Source: Eledone cirrhosa | Taxonomy: Eukaryota | Direction of reading: 5' to 3' | DNA length: 64,000 nucleotides | Assembly (NCBI GenBank): GCA_964016885.1 | Contig: OZ024742.1 | Location: forward strand, 174,654,001 to 174,718,000 | In this document: positions 22,110-34,700 of the stretch, in pieces | How the letters are laid out: each line of letters opens with the position of its first letter | How positions within the stretch are numbered: the first letter of the stretch is position 1 | Notes under the pieces: generated by a model | The model's database searches: none | The model's input: only the letters and a program-made list of their open reading frames with translations | What the model was told of the DNA's origin: nothing | Translations under genes and position numbers: made by a program

Positions 22110-25100
22110 TATCATCATCATCATCATCATCATCGTTTAACGTCCATCTTCCACGCTTGCATAGGTTTGGACGGGAGTTTTCCCACTTGAGGCAAGAGTG
22201 GTTGTCTTGCTCGCATAGGACTGTCTGGTGGGTTTTCTATAGCTGGATGCCCTTCCTAACACCAACCGCATTTACAGTGTGGACTGAGAGGTTTTTACCG
22301 TGTTACCGACATGGCCACATTACAGCGTGGACTGTGTGTTTTTATTTGTCGTGACACCTATATGCCCTCATTTGTTTCGGACTGGATGTTGTGGTACCAA
22401 CATAACTTTACATTGAAAGGGGTGGTGTGGATGGGGTGGAGTAGTGGGATGGGGGTGTATTTTTGTTAGAGGTGCCTACTGACTGTAGTAGGTTTCACTT
22501 TGTATTTAGGTAAGGCGGGTCTACTGTGTTACTGTGTAGCGCCAAAGATCTCGGTCCAGTGACATTGTCTTGGAGAGGTGCAAGTGTGTGAGGTCGGAAT
22601 TTATTAGGTTGTCCCAGATTTTTCTGGCTCTGCCTACTCCGTGGCTACTGTCTATTTTTATTGCCCTGCACTTTTTTATACAGCTGTCGTCTTTCATGCG
22701 CATCACGTGACCGTACCAACATAGTCTTCTCTCGAGTAAACAACATCTGATCCCTCTTATTTCTAATTTTTCCCTTAGTTCGTTTATGCTTTGCCGTTCA
22801 CGTATATTACTATTACACATCCAGCAGAGCATGCAAGCCTCATTCCTCTCCAGTCTGCGTATATCCTCTGCACACAATGCGCTCGTCTCGCTGCCATGTA
22901 AAATTGCTGTTCGTATGCAGGCATCATACAGCCTGCCTTTGATTTTCAGAGAGAACCCTTTAGCGGCTAATAGTGGTATAAGCTCTCGGAACTTTTTCCA
23001 TCCAGTTCTGACTCTAGCTACTGTACTTTCAGAGCACCCTCATCCACTGCTGATTTTGTTACCCAAGTAACGGAAGGTGTCCACTATTTCTATAGAACCA
23101 TCTGTGCAATGGAATGAGCTAGTATTTAGTGGGCACTTTCTGCTACTTATTGCACCAGGGCACCGGCCACATATAAATCTATATTCTTAGTTAGCTTACC
23201 TGTGATCCCACTACATCTTTTATGCACCCATAGTTTGCATTTGGGACATAAAATGGAGTTTCTGCCTACTCCTTTTCTACACACTGAGCATGGCCATTTC
23301 CCGGATGGGACCGGTGCCCTATTTTCCTTCATACAAACTAGAACTTTAGTCTTAGACAGGTTAATTTTAAGGCCTTTTGATTCTAGGCCATGCTTCCATG
23401 TTTGGAATTTCTTCTCTAGTTCAGCCATTGATTCAGCTATGAGTGTTAGATCATCTGCGTATAGGAGTTCCCATGGGCAGCCGGTCTTGAACTCCACTGT
23501 TATAGCCTGAAAGGCAATAATAAATAGTAGGGAGCTAAGAATGGAGCCCTGATAAACACCAACTTTTACGCTAAGCTCTTCACTATATTCGTTGTTAACT
23601 TGCTGACTGTTTCTTTATACATGGCTTGTATAGCTCTCAAAAGCCATTCATCAACACCTAGTTTTCTAAGAGCCACCAGATAATGGAATGGGGGACTCTG
23701 TCAAAGGCTTTCTCCAAGTCGACAAAAGCTAAGTATAGGGGTTTACTTTTAGCTAGGTACTTCTCCTGTAGTTGTCGTACAATGAAAAGAGCGTCTGTGG
23801 TACTTTTACCTGACACAAACCCGAACTGCATTTCATCTAGATCAATTCGCTCTCTGATTAGTTGCGCTATTACTTTTTCTGTGACCTTCATGACATGGTT
23901 GATTAATTTAATGCCTCTATAGTTACTCCTATCTAGGGCATCTCCTTTACTCTTGTAGCAGTTAATGATGATGCTGCTACGCCAGTCCTTTGGAACAACC
24001 CCATTCTGTATGACTTTGTTTACTATCCGAGTGACCATAGTGTGTCCCACCGTTCCAGAAGCTTTCAGCATTTCAGCAACTATTTCCGAAGGCCCAGCCG
24101 CCTTACCCATCTTCATATCTTTGATTGCCTTACTTATTATACTACCTTCGACTAACACTGCTGGTCCCTCTATTGGATCAATGTGGGGGAGACTGTCTTT
24201 CTCCCATTTATTCCCCTCATTTAGTAGCCTTTCGTAGTGAGATTTCCAAGCTACCTTCTTATCAGCATCAGTGATGGCAAGTACACCATTATCAGTAATG
24301 ACACACTTCTCCCCGACAATATCACGGTTTTGCTTGACACATTGCCTAGCAATCCTGAACAACTCACGTTTTTGGTCCTCGCGTTGTAGAACATGCTTGA
24401 ACTCTCTTTCCTCTGCTTCCCTTCTTGCGAAGTACACTAGTCTCCTAGCTTCCCTCCTGGCCACTTGATAGTCTTCTCTACTTCCCCCATCCCGCCATAC
24501 TTTCCAAGCCTGCTTTTTGGCCTTAATTTACTCCTCCACCTTACTGTTCCACCACCACGTTACTCTCCTCCTGCCTATAGGCCTGCTCCAGCCACAGACT
24601 TCATCTGCCGCCATCAGCAGGTTTGCTTCCAGGAATACCCACTGTTCCTCTATATTGTACAACTCTAATTGCTCTTCCTTACTGTCGAAAGCATCAAGTA
24701 ATATGCTTTTAAATGTATTACTGGCTGTGGGGTCCTTTAGCTTCCATATTTTTCTCCTGAGGATAGTCCTCTTCTGCTGTCGAGTACGTCTCGTCCTGAC
24801 TATGAGGTCGCTAATTATCAGTCTATGTTGGGAGGTGCATTTTTCATGGGGGAGGTATTTAGTGTTTACAACAGACACTCTGTCACGTCTTCTGGTAAGG
24901 ATATAATCTACCTGGCTGGTATATTCCCCTGATCTGTAGGTGATCAAGTGATTGTCTCATTTTTTTGAAGTTAGTGTTACAGATAGTTAGATTATTTGCG
25001 TCACAGAATTCCAGGATTCTGGAGCCTTCCTCATGTTTAGTATCAAACCCATAGCCTCCATGGATTCCGTCATAGCCGTCACAATGTTGTCCAACGTGAC

Positions 25101-25800
25101 CATTTAGGTCGCCAGCAATAATTATATAGTCACTGTCGGTTATTTGGGAGGTAGTGAGCATCAGTGTCTCATAGAATCTGTCTTTTATAGCGCCAGGCAG
25201 TCTGGATTGCGGTGCGTACGCAGATATTACTGTCACAGTAGTTCTATTTAGAACAAGTCTTATTTTTATTATTCTGTCGTTTACTCTATTTACGTCTATT
25301 ATCTTATCCACCCATTTTTCTGCTAACATGATTCCTACCCCACCCAGCCCATTGTCATTTCCCACCTAGAAAAGCTTATAGCATCGTTTTTTACCCACAA
25401 TGAATCTAGCATCCCTGCTCCTCCACCTTGGATACAGCAAACATCAAGCTCCTTACGTTCAAGCATTTCTACGACGTCGTTTGAGCGACCTTTTAAGGTG
25501 CCTACATTCATGGTACCAACTCTGAAGTTTTGGATTGCGTTTGGTGGGTGGGGCGCGGGGAGGGGGGAGGGGGTTGGGGTTATGTTGGCAATCCGCAGCC
25601 GAAACAAAGAGGAGGAGTCCTTGCCCTTTCGTCCGGTAGCATGAGGCGAATTTGTCGTTATCTTTGGCATTGTCACTGAGTGTCTAGATTCTTCGAACTC
25701 TCCAGAATTCCTTAGTCCATCCATCATATCGAAAAGCAACCAGGAGAAGTGATAGCTTAGGCCGCTGACTTATGATTGGTCCAAATAATAATGGTGGACA
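22110..25800 (-). mobile_element. Near full-length RTE-clade LINE, decayed
   Basis: Single APE+RT reading frame in pieces; 3' end GCAAGCGTGGAAGATGGACGTTAAAC(GAT)n. Confidence 0.9.
22521..25739 (-). pseudogene. RTE endonuclease-reverse transcriptase, frameshifted
   Basis: TMNVGTL, SAYAPQ, GDLNGHVG, QVDYIL, NYRGIKL, QFGF, FVDLEKAFD, LLYADDL, then a Cys-rich WPCSVC..CPKCKLWVHKRC insert. Confidence 0.9.
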
Positions 25801-25821
25801 GTGGGGGGGGGGTATGGAGTA

Positions 25822-26424
25822 GTTAGCGAAGAGAAGGTTGTAAATAAAGCATATCACAGTAATAAGCGATATACTGGGATTTTAAAATACACTAGATTAT
25901 TTAGAACAGCCAGACAGAATTATAGAATAGCATTGAGAAAGCAGGATTGGATTCTGGGCGATTATACAGATATATGGATGAATGAACCGAAGGATGAGGA
26001 GAAGAAGAAAATGGTATTTTTACATTACATTTCGTAGAAGTGGACTGACCATTAATAAGAGTTGACAAATTCTGAGATTCGTACCTCGTAACAGGTTTAT
26101 TTATATTTGGTGCGAGTAGGTAGTGATCGAGAGAGAGACCAACAGGTACGTATGTGATAAAGAGTGGAGGGTAGAGATTTAGTAGGATGAGGGAGGCCAT
26201 TTTTATGAATCCTGGAAAATTTCGGCCAAAATTAAGATTAAGCGAGGAGAAGGTTTTAAATAAAGCATATAACAGTAATATAGAATAGCATTGAGAAAGC
26301 AGGATTGGATTTTGGGCGATCATACAAGATATATGGATGAATGAACCGAAGGATGGGGAGAAGAAGAAAATGGTATTTTTACATTACATTTCGTAGAAGT
26401 GGACTGACCATTAATAAGAGTTGA
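25822..26424. repeat. Imperfect direct repeat (about 185-240 bp) upstream of the RTE 5' end
   Basis: TAGAATAGCATTGAGAAAGCAGGATTGGATT...GACTGACCATTAATAAGAGTTGA at about 25923-26065 and 26281-26424, plus a shared upstream 40 bp. Confidence 0.85.
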
Positions 26425-26739
26425 ATTCAAATATAAGTTGAACCCTATTTTATGTCTGAGAAATTGGGCAAAAATCCAGAGGCAGCTAATTAACACATTA
26501 TGGTTAGATGGCATGGTTTTGAAATTCACATGAGTATAGAATATATTTATGAAGTTTTAATATTTTGGTATTTAACTTGTTTAGAGGGTTATTTAGAATA
26601 TAGTTTTTTTGTTTCACGACTCTATTATATATACTTTTCAACAGGTTTCTTGCATTTTGGATTACTTCCAGCCATTCATATACTGGGAGTAAGTGAAAGG
26701 AAGAGATCAAATAAAAGAATTTTGCATAGGGATTCTTAG

Positions 26740-27170
26740 AGTAAAAAAGGGAGGGAGGGATAACAAGGGAGAAAAAAGTTCAAGCGTTAGAGCAATACAA
26801 CACAAGTCAAGAGTACGATTGAAACAAAAAGTATTATAAAGTCAGAGAAAAACGGTCAGTGTGCATGTGGGATATTTATATATTAAGATATTCAATTACA
26901 ATAACTTGTTGGAAATATTTTCAAGGGAATGCATAAATAACACTAATGATGTATTAAATGTAGAAAAACAGTGTTTCATTGTAAAATAATCATTCTAAAT
27001 ATTTGAGCACCTTATTTACATAGAATTTGAAGTTGGTGAAAATTGTCAAAATATTGACGTTGAATATATACTAAAAACTACATTTCAACATCGATTTAGC
27101 TAAAAACCATCTTTTAACATCGATTTACTTTGTTCTTTTTTTTTTAGTCACATATACATCGGTTCATATT
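26740..27170 (+). mobile_element. Unclassified interspersed repeat (related copy at about 38990-39680)
   Basis: Shared TTGTT(G/A)GAAATATTTTCAAGGGAAT and TTATTTACATAGAATTTGAAGTT blocks. Confidence 0.55.
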
Positions 27171-28589
27171 CAAGATTTAACTAATCATAGGCAACAGAAC
27201 TATAGTGATCTCAGTGTATATATCATTGTTGGAACTAACAGATGAACAGTAGGAATGCTTTGATAGGGTCTTCATATAGACCAGCTCTTGTAGATCTTTG
27301 ATAGTTGTATTCAGAGATGCTGATAGCAAGAGGAGAATTAGTAATGAATTCCGTAACGGTTTCCTTGAAATTAATGTGCAAGTCACTAAGTATTCCACAG
27401 ACATGTGTGCAGTTAATGTAATTTTCTGTGAGATTCAGTTTGATACTGTTTGCAACAGGACCCCTTTGAATTGCAGGTACACTCCATCCGATAGTCTTGG
27501 GTCGACCCTCGGCTGTGGTAAATGTGACTTGCCTAAGATGCTTCACAGTAGGATTGAACCCAGGATCTAATGATTGTGAAGTAAATTTCTTAGCCATTCA
27601 GCCATGTTGCATCCACATCCAGCTAGTATAAGTATAGAAAAAAGAATATAAAATGTTGTTGGAAGAGGTTGATTTCTTATGACGAATTAATTGTAGTATA
27701 TTTGCATTTACAAGATTAGATGTTCTGACCTTTTCAAGCAATAGCATCATAAATCTAACCATTTCAACTATATTAAGATTACACATTCATACAAAAAGTA
27801 AACATGAATTAGGATAATGGGATTTTTTAGTGTAGTATAGCCAACATTGACTATTATGAGATAGCAATCATGGAAAGAATTGAAAGACAATATGAGAAAC
27901 AATGAGTCTGAATAAAAACTGAAACAAAACCGAATCTAAATAAAGTATGCAATAAAAAAATATATAAAGTTAAATATCAACTAAACTTGTATTTTTAGAT
28001 TTCCGAGCGTGATATAAAATTAATTAGCTATTTAATCTGAAGTAATGAACATTAATTTAGCAGGTTGCCAAAGAAAAAGAAAGTGATCGTGTAGGTAGTT
28101 GAACAAATCTAGAGCATTTATTGAATTTCTTTTAATTGTTTCACTGATTTCAATCATTAGACTGTAGCCATGCTGGGGCACTGCATTGAAGGGATTTAGT
28201 CAATCATATTGACTCAGCACTTATTTTTATCAAGCGTGATACTTATTTCATTGCTCTTTTGTTGAACCACTAAGTTATGGGACATAGACTTACACCCCCA
28301 CACCCCACACACCCAAATACCACCATTGCCCCCAAAATAATAAAGTTTAGTATTTGAAATGCATTTTAGCTTAATGCCCTTATCACATACCTTCATGGAA
28401 GGAGGTTTCACAGGTGTCAGTGTATGCTGTTATAGATAACAAAGTTATTATTGCACAGAAGGAAGAATCATAGAAGTGTATATGAAAGCATATACGATAC
28501 GTTTATGAATAATAGACATGTAAGAATCTCGCTATGAATCTTTTGTAAGATAGCTGTGATCATGTCACATCTATCTCAGTGGAGCTGAG

Positions 28590-28634
28590 AATGCCAGACA
28601 GCTGTTTCTGGATTTTTATGTCATCAGTGACATT
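28590..28634 (-). ncRNA. Type I minimal hammerhead motif with weak stem II
   Basis: Minus strand AATGTCA-CTGATGA-CATAAAAATCCA-GAAA-CAGCTG-TC-TGGCATT: 7-bp stem I, palindromic stem III, GUC site; 3' half recurs on plus at about 36431-36465. Confidence 0.65.
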
Positions 28635-30344
28635 TAGTTATTCATGAATGAGATGAGAATAGGCTAAGAATAATGTATAAGAGTGGTTAAGTACTAGTTC
28701 GACAGACCTCTAATTGACTGGCTGTGAGTATTCTAAGCTGTGATCATATAACATTCACCTCAACACTTATGTAAGAGTGTTGTATACATGTATTTTATGA
28801 TTTTTTATTCAGACTTTCTGAGTTATGGAAGACAATATCTTTTTGTTTGACATTGCTTTAGCTACTTTTTTTAGCTTTTTTAAATAACTGTAGCAAAGGT
28901 TGTGGCATGTATATATATATATATATACCTAATCATCATCATCATTATTTTACATGCTGACCTGGGTTAGATGGGTTATTATATTGTGTGATGTGACAGG
29001 TCAAATGACCATGCCTTGCTCAAATGTTCCACTTTGGTATGGTTTCTATGTCTGGATTCTTTTCCTAAGACCAACCAGATTGCAGGGTGTACTGGATGCA
29101 TTTTCTCATTACTTTCTAAAGTGGGCTGCATGCATTTTGTCATGGCACCAGCACATTTATATATGTATATTTGTAATTGTATATAACTCATATATAAGTA
29201 TAAATATTATTATTATTATTTTATATATATATATAAATTTCTCTAGCATATCATACCAAACCACACTTTAGAATCTAAAAGGATTTCAATATTCTCTTTT
29301 TGACTGGCAAAGTTTTTAAATTGCCTATGTGAGTGTGTTTGTGTGTGTGTATGTTCGTGTATGTGTGTGCATGTATGCATTCATAAATAAACTATATACA
29401 TTTCATACAATTTGCTATGAGTTTCTTAGTTTGTTTCTAATGAGATAATGTAGTATTCAATTATTTTAAACGTGTTTCTAGAAAAATATTGCTGATTGAT
29501 GTAACAAAATGCTGTACAAAACTATTTAAACATTTATACAAAAACCTTAATGTAATTTAAAATCAGTTCACTCCTCTCTCTAAAATATTGAATCTTTTTC
29601 TAATGTATGGTTTCACTTTCTAATGAAATTTTATATATGTTTTCGATGTTCAGATAAGAGTTTTCTTTTCCTACTCCATTGCTGATGATTGTTTCAGCAT
29701 CTATTTGTCAATATATCTTTGTAAGGTTTAAAGTTGAAATTTAATTTTGAAAAGATGTGAAAGGATTTTTTAAATAAAATTTGTTTTCATTATTCAATAA
29801 CATGAATTATTGGAAGGGGAAAAAACAATAAATAAGTGAATAAATAAATAAAACTTTATCTATTGAGTTATGCGATATATTTTTGTCAAAGCATTAAGAG
29901 GATGGTGGATTTGACAAATATATTTTATTGAAAACAGAGACCATGATAAATAATTATATATTTATTTAATGTTCTAAATATAGAAATGGCTTTCTCTTAT
30001 CAATTTAATATTTAACATCAACATTTATTTGTTCTCTCATAGAAGATAGAACATTGCTATCACTTTGAAAAATTCATTTAAACATTTAGCCAGCATAAAA
30101 CGTTATTTTGATGATATTAATGCTTAGGCAGGAAACATGCATGCATTGAGTGGAATATGATGTTTCAAACTTGTGTGTTAAAATTGACTTAGTCTCAATA
30201 GATAAATAAATGTATATATATGTATATAAATGTATATATAAGTATAAATATTAGTTCCCGTCCCACCCTTGCAAGCAGGGAAAAGTGGACATAAAATGAA
30301 ATGATATACTCGAGGTAAATGAAATTGATATGCTGTCTCCTCAT

Positions 30345-30615
30345 TGGGGGAAGAATTGGCAGATCCATTAGAATATCAAATTGAATGCTTTATGGATTTC
30401 CTTCCAGCTCTCTGCACTCTGAGTTCAAATACCATCAAGGTCAACTTTGCCTTCCATCATTCAAATCCCGCCGACGTTAACTTTGCCTTTCATCCTTACG
30501 GGGTCAATAAAATAAGGTACCAGTAATGCACTGGTAAATTTCTGGCTTTGTGCCAAAAGTAGAAACAATCATTTTGAGATCGATAAATAAGGTACTAGTC
30601 TGTTACTGAGGGTTG
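30345..30615 (+). mobile_element. Nested SINEs: younger 5'-truncated copy (about 30461-30567) inside an older copy
   Basis: Duplicated TTCAAAT...AACTTTGCCTT(C/T)CATC; ATCATT on both sides of the insert; old copy resumes GATCGATAAATAAGGTACTAG. Confidence 0.6.
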
Positions 30616-32097
30616 ATTCTTCTGCTATTTCTCTTTACTGCTTCATCTCTCTCATTTCCTCTTTCTATCTCGGGAATAAAGTGATTGGAATTAGACATGA
30701 GGAGTGTTAGACCCTTCCAGGCCCAAATGTCATGATAGTGCCATTACGACTCCCTCAGCTGTTATGGGTCCAAAGGAAAAATATTTACAATAAATTATTC
30801 ATGTGTTGTTCAATTGTGTGTGTGCTGTCAACAGCGTTGAGGCATTGATCATCCCATTACTTTCTTGGGAATTGCATAGTTATGATATTATCCAGAATGT
30901 CTTCTGTTTCAACATAATATAGTGCAATTTGACGAATATTTGGGTGCTATTTCTAATAGTTTAATTAACCCTGAAATACCTCCTTCACTGTGATGTAATC
31001 ATTCATGGTGAAGGCTCTCAAGCTCATGTTGAAGTTATTGGACTTAGGTCATGTGTTCAAATCTTTGACTAGGTAGCATGCTGTGTTTGAGTTAAAGACT
31101 TTATTTAACCATGCTCCAGTTAACTCAGTAAAAAATGAATACCAAATGCAGGTGAGAGTTTGCAGTTAAGTGGCATCCTGTAATACCAATAAAACCAAGT
31201 TCAGTACTACGCTGATGAACCAGTTGGGTTGAGACAGACATAAGTATTTTAATCCTTCACAATAAATATCTTATTTCTTGCAGCAATTTCCAGAGAAGTA
31301 TCATGTCACTGAGTAACGTTTCAGTTACACCCGAAATAATGAAATAAGGATGGAACAAACCTTTAGCCAAAATCATTATCCCACCATTATATGCTAGCAA
31401 TGGTAAAATAATTAGAATTAACAGGCTTTTGGTCTTTTAATGGGAAATGATATTTTCATTAAATTTTGAACAACATCTGTGAAATTTAAAGGATAATATT
31501 TCATGATTAATATCCAGCAATATTGCTAACAAGATTAACACTGTATGAAATCCTTCATTTCAATGTTAATTAACATTATTCTGAGACTAGAAAAATTTGA
31601 GACTAGTTCTAATCTGTTATTTTGAAAGAGTTTATAAAATTTCCTTTGTTTAATGTGGTATTTGAGCATGGAAATTGAATCCAGTAATATAATGCATTGA
31701 GAGTAAGAGCAGCTGGATAATTTAAAGCAAATTGCCTAATGAGTTAACTAGATTATACTGTTTTTCTTGTAATATTATTATTACTGATCCTGATTTATCA
31801 TTTAGTTCTGTACCATGCTCTGCTATATGTATAGCTGTCCTTTGTACTTTACCCTTATGATACCATATTTCTAACGAAAGACACTGCCTATTCTTATCAA
31901 ATAATTTTGAAAATATCAAGAATTTAAAGAGATTTAGTATAACTAACTTTTCCATTATTAAACAGGTACTTGGAACATAACAAATGGCCTTACATAACAT
32001 TATGTTGGAAAGGTTTGAAATAAATATAAACACTTTAGAAAATATGTTGTTTGAAGGCTACAGTAATTTGAATTGTGTGGTGAATGTTAAAGTCTGA

Positions 32098-32218
32098 TGT
32101 TTCTACTTTTGGCACAAGGCCAGCTATTACCCCAGTGCATTACTGGTACTTTATTTTATCGACACAGTAGGGATGAAAAGCAAAGTTAACCTCAGCAGGA
32201 TTTGAACTCAGAATGGCA
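32098..32218 (-). mobile_element. Deu/Nin-like SINE, 5'-truncated
   Basis: Reverse complement of the 3127-3310 family 3' half. Confidence 0.75.
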
Positions 32219-33938
32219 GCATATTACCTCTCAATTGTTTATAGGTTTTAATATTTCAGGATAAAATATTTTGAAACAAATACTTTAAAATAAATAACTT
32301 AGTGTTGTAGAAACAAGAGCAATTTTAGACAGTTTGGTATGAAAAGAGTTAAAGTAGAAAATAGAAAAGTAGTTTTTCAGAGAAAAGAAAATACTATATC
32401 TATTTGTGTGTAATAATGTACAACTCTAATTATGAAGAATACAATCTTTTAGAAAAACATATCTCTTGTGTATAACAAGAGCTGAAATGTTGGTTGTTTC
32501 TTATTTTACTAATACACTGAAATGAATCAAAAGAAAAATCTAAAACCAAAATCTAAATTACAAAATGTACATAGTTTTTGTATATATGGTGTTATGTACT
32601 TAGTGTGTGTGTGTGTTGTTTGCTGAAGTTAGCTTTACTTTTCATCCTTTCAAGATCGAAAAAAAAATACCAGTGCCTTACTGTGGTTGATTCCTCCTCT
32701 GTATCTCTTTCTCACTTCTTCTCTATTACTCTCTCTTGTCTGGAAGAAATCTGTTGTGTTCAGAACTTGAGAGAGGATAGGCTCTCTCATGTTTAAAAAA
32801 AAATGACTACAAAATGCTATTTGTGACCATGGTTGCCCAACACCTCTATGTGGCTTTATGGGTCAATATATATATGTCAAAAGAACATATATTTCTTAAA
32901 TGTTTCCATATTATGGTAATGCCTCAGAATGATGCCTCAGAATCTGACAATCTGTGTAAAACATGCAATCAAGAAAACGAGACATAAAAAAAGGGATGTT
33001 GATTGTATTATATATTGACAGGATGGCCGTAGCAGGAACTGTTACTTCCTATTATTCACAAAAAGAAAAGTTTAAGAAAGATTGGATAAAAGTTTCTTCT
33101 TCAGGCTTGGTAGCTCTATTGATTGATAGACCTCTGTTAGTTATAACGATGTGTGTTCCAGTTGTTCAGTTGCTGCTAATGAAATAAATGTGTAAGTGGC
33201 TGAGCATTCCACAGACACATTACATTGCATCATACCTCATCATGTCTGAAAAATTCCTTCTTCCACTGGCCTTAACCATAACTTCCAGCTCAATACTTTT
33301 ATTGCTGAAAATCTTTGTGCAATCAAACCAAGTTATTTGGTTGCAGTTTGTCAAGTCTTCTTCTCAGTCACTTCAGTAGAAACAAATCACTTCAAATCCA
33401 TCCCAGCATAACCACAGAACACGTGTCCATGATATTGCAATTATCATCTCCTAATATTTCATAATATTGGGCCATCCACTACTTATTCAGTACTTGAGAG
33501 TTACTCATTTTCTCAGTCCATGAAATTTGCAATGTCCAGCAGTTGCCCCACATTTCAAGAGAAAAGCTATCTTTCTCATAGCATTCCTAGTCATGCACAA
33601 CCATTTTGAAATACCAATCACACACAAGCTCTGAGTACCCTAGTTGTTTGTAGAAATATTGAGGGTATTCTGCAAACATATGTACTCTTAAGATAATCCA
33701 AAAGGAGATTCCATTTGACACAGTGGCTGACAAGTCTGAACCTTTGATTTACAGCTACAATCTATCCAATGGTATTCCAATCAGTTTCTGACAATTTAAT
33801 TTCACTCACAAGGCATCATTTGACTTGAATTATAATGACTTAACCAAGATGCCACACAGCCAAATCAAACAAGGGGCCTAATGATTGGGAAGATAATTTC
33901 CTAACCACTCAACCATGCTGTATCCACACCTGTATATA

Positions 33939-34457
33939 CAGGGTGATAAAAAGTAACTCCCTATTGAATGCTGAAAGGTACCTCCCCATGCTGCAAGTTA
34001 AAATCTGGCCAGTTATCCGTCCTTGGGAGAATAATGAAGATTTCATTTTGCTATTGTTGTTCGTGAATGGCTGAATGCCCACTTCCCTGGGAGATGGATC
34101 GGTCATCATGGTCCACATGGGTGGCTAGCCAGAAGTTCTGACTTAACACCCTGCAACTTTATTCTTTAGGGTTGTTTAAAGGAGCAAGTCTACTCTACCA
34201 AACTAATGACTTTGGAAGAACTTGAAGGGTGAATACGAGGAGTTATGTATTTCATTCCACAAGAGTTCCTGGTGAAATCAGTTGAGTCAGTTGCCGGGCA
34301 GCTTGAGAAGCTGGTGGTGAAGGCTGGTGCCCATATTGAATTTTAAATAAAACTTCCTGCTATACCCTTTCTTTTCATATTAATTTCTTGTAAATATTAT
34401 AGTTGAAAAATAAATTATAAAAATTTAAAAATAAGGAGTTACTTTTCAATCCCCCTC
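33939..34457 (+). mobile_element. Tc1/mariner internal-deletion derivative
   Basis: TIRs CAGGGTGATAAAAAGTAACTCC / GGAGTTACTTTTCAATCCCCCTC, TA on both sides; internal WLARSSDLTPCNF..GCLKEQVY resembles the Tc1 WPPRSPDLTP motif. Confidence 0.8.
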
Positions 34458-34564
34458 TATATATAAATGAAAATAGAGAAATTAATATAAGCAAAATGCC
34501 AACAATAATTCAGACATATAAGTAACTATACCATCAAGATGAAAACATGTTTAATGTAAGATGA

Positions 34565-34700
34565 GGGAAAAGTAATATAATCTTAATTCAAAACAAATCA
34601 AGAAGAAAAACTTTACCCTCAGACTTTGTGTACGTTGGGGAAAAAGCAATACAATCTTAATTCAAAATAAAATCAAGAAGAAATACTTAACCGTCAATTT
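34565..34700. repeat. Tandem dimer, unit about 73 bp
   Basis: GGGAAAA..AAT..AATCTTAATTCAAAA..AAATCAAGAAGAAA..ACTT..ACC..TCA occurs twice. Confidence 0.75.
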
